Shown here in pieces: positions 27,351 to 32,000 of a DNA stretch of 32,000 nt (positions are counted from its first letter, which is position 1; every line of letters starts with the position of its first letter). Origin of the DNA: Paramicrosporidium saccamoebae KSL3. Lineage: Eukaryota > Fungi > Cryptomycota. The stretch spans positions 50,450 through 82,449 of the forward strand of contig MTSL01000065.1 in the NCBI GenBank assembly GCA_002794465.1, written 5' to 3'. Under the pieces are notes generated by a model. That model was not told the origin of the DNA. It did no database searches and saw only the letters and a program-made list of their open reading frames with translations. The position numbers were made by a program, and so were the translations under genes.

Positions 27351-28967
27351 CTACACTTTGGCGAGAATTGTCGATTCGGCATGGTCGGTGGGCTTACGAG
27401 TCTTGGTCAGACTGCTGAAATCCACGGTTGGAGTGTTGCGCAGTCTTCCTGGCGACTGGGTGTAGCGGGGTCTCCCATCAACAATACTGCTTTGTCTCAT
27501 TTGATCAGCCTCCCCGGCATCAACATGCACTTGGATGGCTCCGTTAATCTTGATATCCGGCTGCACATCGATCCCTTCACGGAAATGCACAAATGAGTGC
27601 AGTTCGCTGCGCAGTCTTTGATGATTTGCCCAGTCCAGGATAAACTGAGTAGCATTTCCGCCGGTTTGTTGGTATTCTAGGAATGACTCGAGCTGTCCAA
27701 TCTCGGCCGCTTCACGGTGCAATTCTATCATGTCGCCCTTTAGCACATTGAGCTTCTTCTTTGTAATGCTTTTCAGGTCCGACAGCGCCTTTTTGTACAA
27801 TTCCTCCAATTGCTGACCCACATTTGTCGCATTTGCCTCAATTGCCTTGACGCGCTCAGAAACAGAGATGACCTGTGCCTCAATCTTTTGTTTTCTGCTT
27901 TGGAGGAGCGGGTCAGACGCGCCGGCTGAATCACTGACACCGCGGAATGCTTCGGCCACAGTAATCAATTTGTGACGGGCCGCATCGCCAGTGGAATGGT
28001 GACCCACCATTTTGCAGTGTACACAGACGGGACGGCTGCAGGTGGGACAAAAGAATTCGACAAGTTTGTCGGGATGTTGACGACAAGCAGAGAATGTCTG
28101 TGGGCCGGCGTCCAAGGGCGTGCGGACATGACGACATGTCAACTTGCTGGAATGAAGTTGGGCATCGCATGAATGGCACAGATTTGCAGAGTCGGCCTGA
28201 CAAAAGACGGCGGCAGGCTGTGATTCACAGTTCTCACAGACAGACTTTTGACGAGAGCGTCGTTCCATTTCGGCATCATACTCAAAAACAACTACATATG
28301 TCGGTAGGATCTGTGTCGAGTCTTTTAGAATGTACTCCAATTCCTGCAGGGCGCCGCTATCAAGCTCCTTGTTTAGCTGTACGCGCTCCCGGTCAATGAC
28401 AAAGCTGTCGTATCCTTCTGGGAGGGCTGCAATCTTGGCAAAGTCTTCGGTCGCATTGTAGGCTCTGCCCACAGCAATCTTGCATAGTAACATTCTCTTT
28501 CTGATGATGCCCTCCTTTCCGCTCTCGTCCAGTTTGATTCGTCCCACGGAAAACTTGATCCCTGCGCCAGAAGAGTTGAATTGGAATCCCCGTCTTATCG
28601 TGTCGTCTTCCGTATTGTTTGTGGGCAGTTGTGTCACATCAACCCACGCATCAAGAGTCAGCACATCCCTTGCTCGTTTTTCAAATTGCAAGGTAAGCTG
28701 TGGATTGCTCACTTCCCACGAGTTGACAATCTTGGCTGTCGACGCATGCAGACTGAGGCGGAGGAAGTATTCGAGGAAGCCAAAGGATTGCGTGTCGTTG
28801 GAGAGGGCGTTCAGGGGACTGGCTGTAGTTGCCGGCGGGAGAGAGGTCGCAGAGGAGGAGGCGTTCAATGCGGCCATGGAGTGTCCTGTCGCCATTGCTT
28901 CGGCCAAATTTAGCAGTTTTTCCGATAACAAACACTCACACCAATCAAATCTCACTAAATCCACCAT
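27351..28967 (-). CDS. Protein with a PARP/ART-like N-terminal domain, two B-box zinc fingers and a coiled coil, 538 aa
   Basis: MLLCKIAVGRAY...LPEGYDSF...EYILKD..QILPTYVVVF resembles the PARP catalytic C-terminal half. B-boxes CENCE...A.VFC..D...LC..CD...H and C.QH....VEFFC..C...VC.HC...H.H. Confidence 0.75.
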   Translation of the reverse strand: MVDLVRFDWCECLLSEKLLNLAEAMATGHSMAALNASSSATSLPPATTASPLNALSNDTQSFGFLEYFLRLSLHASTAKIVNSWEVSNPQLTLQFEKRARDVLTLDAWVDVTQLPTNNTEDDTIRRGFQFNSSGAGIKFSVGRIKLDESGKEGIIRKRMLLCKIAVGRAYNATEDFAKIAALPEGYDSFVIDRERVQLNKELDSGALQELEYILKDSTQILPTYVVVFEYDAEMERRSRQKSVCENCESQPAAVFCQADSANLCHSCDAQLHSSKLTCRHVRTPLDAGPQTFSACRQHPDKLVEFFCPTCSRPVCVHCKMVGHHSTGDAARHKLITVAEAFRGVSDSAGASDPLLQSRKQKIEAQVISVSERVKAIEANATNVGQQLEELYKKALSDLKSITKKKLNVLKGDMIELHREAAEIGQLESFLEYQQTGGNATQFILDWANHQRLRSELHSFVHFREGIDVQPDIKINGAIQVHVDAGEADQMRQSSIVDGRPRYTQSPGRLRNTPTVDFSSLTKTRKPTDHAESTILAKV

Positions 28968-29071
28968 TGGTTACGCTCCCTTCATCCAATGGATGCTGAC
29001 ATTCATAGCCCCTGATTGGACATTTCCATTCTAGTCCAATTACCCCCGCACAGGAGCAGATTGAGAGTCGC

Positions 29072-29533
29072 ATGAGGATTCCTCCGAGTAAGCTCCAGCA
29101 GAGTGTCACGGCTGATCAAGAATTTGACGAGATCCTCAATATGTCACAAGAAGCCTTGAACTCTGCCAAGGAGCCTATCCCTGCCAATCGCATCGCTTTG
29201 CTGCGAAAGATTGAAGAGGAAAATGGAGAGTTGCGGAATAGACAAAGGTTCAGAGATCTGGGCTACAGAACCGTCGTTGTGTTGGGGGTGGTTGTGTCTT
29301 TTGCGTTAATGGCCATTCTGCTATGGATGTGTCTTCTTGCGCTGCGACACGAACGCAATAGCGGCCATGTTTTGCATTGGAAGAAGCATTCGACACACGC
29401 TAATCATTTGAGACATGTTAATACTACCATGACGGAATACGACCCAAACATAAAGGACAATATTGCCCATGTTCCCAGAAAGATGGCGATTCATAACAAA
29501 AAAATTAGCCGCGAAGCTCCTACTGTCGCGTAA
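29072..29533 (+). CDS. Hypothetical single-pass membrane protein, 153 aa
   Basis: ATG-initiated ORF with one strong TM segment (VVVLGVVVSFALMAILLWMCLLAL). No family recognised. Confidence 0.6.
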   Translation: MRIPPSKLQQSVTADQEFDEILNMSQEALNSAKEPIPANRIALLRKIEEENGELRNRQRFRDLGYRTVVVLGVVVSFALMAILLWMCLLALRHERNSGHVLHWKKHSTHANHLRHVNTTMTEYDPNIKDNIAHVPRKMAIHNKKISREAPTVA

Positions 29534-29813
29534 TGGGGAAATACCACGTTCTTTGTCAGTCGGGAAGAGATGAGGAGAGAACTTGTTCACAGTTGACCCA
29601 ACGGCCCATTTATAGTCTCGAAAATGGCGTAATAGTCCTCAATTACTCGGCTAATAAATCTCACCGTCTTTCATCAGTCGCTCCCAACTATATGATTACC
29701 CTCCCATATGGATTATCCTCAAGTATCTGGCTAATTAGTCACCCATATTACACCATCTCCATTATTTGAATTTCACCACAAAATATTGAATAAACTACAA
29801 TGAATATTTATAC

Positions 29814-30971
29814 TCAGGTCGACGATATAGCGGCCAGCTGTTCCGGTACCATGGAATGTATCAATCCACAGGTCTCTTTGACACGTCCCCTCCATGCGTG
29901 GATTCCCGCTCGGAGCTCGCTAATCTGCTGGAGATCAAGGAAGCGCGGTTGCACCCATTCAATCGTAAAGCAGGCTTCAGGTTCGTTGATAAAACCACGG
30001 ATGAGGGAGAAGGAGAGAGCCTTCATTAAGAGAAACTCGACCTCTTCGAGGGGCACGCGGGTGGCCTGAGAGACGGTACGGAAAGGAAGGACTCGACTAC
30101 TCTTTAGCTGACAAAATACAACCTCCACCAATGACATGAGACATAATTTCTGACGCAGCATCTCAATGTGGGGGGCCAGTGCTTCGTGTGTGGAGATTGC
30201 CGGTAGAAGCTTGTCAAAGGCCTCGTGGTCTCCAGCGTTAAATGCCAAAAGTGCTTCGTGCAAATAACTTACCGAAGTTGCTCGTAGAACGGCGAGGATG
30301 GGATGACACAACAACTCGCCAAAGTTGTAAATCTTTTCACCCAGGAGCGCAGCAAGACACAGGTCATGAGCACGCTGCTGCGCCTCTGCCAATTCCATCT
30401 CTTCAATTTTGACGCATGTCAAGTAGAGCAGCATATTCTTATAGAAACTGGCATAGTTTAAAGTAACCTTGTCGTATTCTGCAGAGACACGGTAATATGC
30501 GGCAGCAATGGAGGGATCCACCCCCACAAAAGATTCCACCGCACCAGCACACGACTCGATGGCAGCCTTTGTGGCAGCCACATCGGAACGCTTCAGACTA
30601 TATTGTGCCAGCTCCATTGATGACAATACCAGCAAAACAGGCCCTTCCGGCTTTGGGAGCAGCTTGACCTCGGCCACAATACTTTCCATCAGTGCCATGC
30701 CCTCCGCGTCGGGCATCTGACGGGACGCATCCACAGAGAGCTTGACAAAGACAAGAGAGTTCATCTTCTTGTGCCAACCGCCGACAAACTGGGTAAAGAC
30801 GGCCGGAAGAAGAGGCTTGGCTGTCGGCTCTGCGAAAAATGCCTGAACCCGTAAAGTCAATTGGTGCCACAGCTTCTGCTCATAGAGAGTATGGAACTCT
30901 TCAAAGTACTTTTGGAGAGGTGCGGGCGCAGAGGAGGCCAGACGTTGAAGAACAGCAGCCGCGTCGCTCAT
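29814..30971 (-). CDS. RPN9: 26S proteasome lid subunit Rpn9/PSMD13, 385 aa
   Basis: LYEQKLWHQLT, LAALLGEKIYNFGELL.HPIL, QKLCLMSLVE, EVEFLLMKALS..LIRG.I and WVQPR.LD. Confidence 0.95.
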   Translation of the reverse strand: MSDAAAVLQRLASSAPAPLQKYFEEFHTLYEQKLWHQLTLRVQAFFAEPTAKPLLPAVFTQFVGGWHKKMNSLVFVKLSVDASRQMPDAEGMALMESIVAEVKLLPKPEGPVLLVLSSMELAQYSLKRSDVAATKAAIESCAGAVESFVGVDPSIAAAYYRVSAEYDKVTLNYASFYKNMLLYLTCVKIEEMELAEAQQRAHDLCLAALLGEKIYNFGELLCHPILAVLRATSVSYLHEALLAFNAGDHEAFDKLLPAISTHEALAPHIEMLRQKLCLMSLVEVVFCQLKSSRVLPFRTVSQATRVPLEEVEFLLMKALSFSLIRGFINEPEACFTIEWVQPRFLDLQQISELRAGIHAWRGRVKETCGLIHSMVPEQLAAISST

Positions 30972-31001
30972 TAAAGATGAAAAGATAATATTTTCTTATG
31001 A

Positions 31002-31974
31002 TTAGGAGCCAAGTGTATAGTAGGACACCTTTTCGCAGAGCTTTTGATACGATTTTGCAGTCTCCACAAATGGGCGCAATAGTCTCCAGTGACTGAGAGT
31101 TCCAGCTACGGAATCAATATACTTTTTGCTGGCAGTGGAATAGAGTGGCTCCCTTAGCAGATACAATAGCAATTTGATCATCCGAATTTGCTTCTCATTC
31201 TTCTCGATGGGCGAATCTTTCGTTTCAACTTGCTTTCCCATAACCAAAGTCTTTAGCTGCGGCCATTCAGAGAACAGATCCATGGCAAGAGAAATGGACC
31301 AAGCCGACCAGCGCGTCTTCTCTCTCCCTGCCGTGAGGAGAATTGTATAGATCAGCGGTCTAAGGATGTGTGTCATCTCCCTAGCTCTTCCCAGCCAGTC
31401 ACCGACCGGCGAAACAGACAGCTCGGGCACCAAAGTGTAGGCATCCATCCGGTGTTTCCTCAAAAACGTCCAAACTCCTTCATTCTCCTTGCCCTCCCCC
31501 GAACATTTAATGTCCGAAACCAGCTCATCATAGGAATCCTGCTTTCCTCGATACTCACCCGCCATGACGTCTGGAAGATGGTTTCTCAAAACAGGTCGCC
31601 AGCCGCTCTTTACAAACAGATACAGTCGTGACGCTGCCTTGATCACTTCCAAAATCACGACATAACGAATTCGGCTGGACAAGCCGAGCAGTCGGGAGAC
31701 TAGCATTTCAAGGGGCACCTCGACTGTCCATGCAATATTTAGCAGTGTGAGGAGCGTGTCCAGGAGCTTGGATTTCCGACGAAGGTACAGGACGTAGGCA
31801 TTCCATGCGCCGCGGGCAACGCCCTCGCCACTCACCTTGCCGCTGCGGACAATTGCGCTCTCATTAACGAGACGAAGAAGATTTAGGGATGAGTACACTA
31901 TCGGCAATTAGATATCGTGGCGAGGGCGCATACAAACTTCAGCCGCAAACTCAGAGTCAGCAAACCGGCCTACG
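31002..31974 (-). CDS. PEX16: Peroxisomal membrane protein PEX16, 5' end outside the window; intron 31898-31933, another starting at 31975
   Basis: Spliced GRFADSEFAAEVLYSSLNLL; EVPLEM; ILEVIKAASRL; HILRPLIY; LLLYLLREPLY. Confidence 0.88.
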
Positions 31975-32000
31975 CTATAAGAATCAACTTGTGCTCCTAC

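Noticed and set aside
379-29533. Stop-codon reassignment, suggested by in-frame continuations after TAG/TAA at 379, 14124 and 29531
   Set aside because: Conserved genes end at expected positions with all three stops (TAA for NDK, CK2, COA4; TAG for tricalbin; TGA for LTV1, RPN9), and no long conserved ORF has internal stops once introns are removed.
975-31631. Numerous 60-240 aa ORFs overlapping recognised genes (e.g. 3267-3989, 4789-5442, 21999-22475, 28480-29034)
   Set aside because: They are antisense or alternate-frame shadows of well-supported genes, with no recognisable motifs.

Overview
A gene-dense eukaryotic window with about 21 protein-coding genes on both strands, read in the standard genetic code. 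Many intergenic gaps are under 150 bp. I could reconstruct 12 GT-AG introns of 29-36 nt by hand from frame joins, plus two or three less certain ones. Genes in order: a partial charged-repeat ORF, a membrane-anchored NDP kinase, a possible Atp18-like peptide, tricalbin, LTV1, a truncated INTS7, CK2 alpha, a bacterial-type EF-P, COA4, CDT2/DTL, a 7TM-RGS protein, a Myc/Max-type bHLH-ZIP, an SLC35C2/TPT transporter, Cce1/Ydc2 resolvase, DENR/Tma22, a GATA factor, CTNNBL1, MTO1, a Thg1-like protein (TLP), TRM2, an ART-like/B-box protein, an orphan membrane protein, RPN9 and PEX16. The gene set and compaction suggest an early-diverging fungal relative that retains a mitochondrial genome, for example a Rozellomycota lineage such as Paramicrosporidium. 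That assignment is inference only. Four of the larger intergenic gaps hold copies of one or two short LTR-like dispersed repeat families. The most notable leads are: (1) a mitochondrial-targeted TLP 3'-5' polymerase lying between MTO1 and TRM2; (2) an intron-containing EF-P with an SGRG loop; (3) a degenerate ADP-ribosyltransferase fused to B-boxes; (4) hydrophobic N-terminal anchors on NDK and possibly CK2; (5) a 31/62-bp higher-order repeat that supplies the TLP stop codon.
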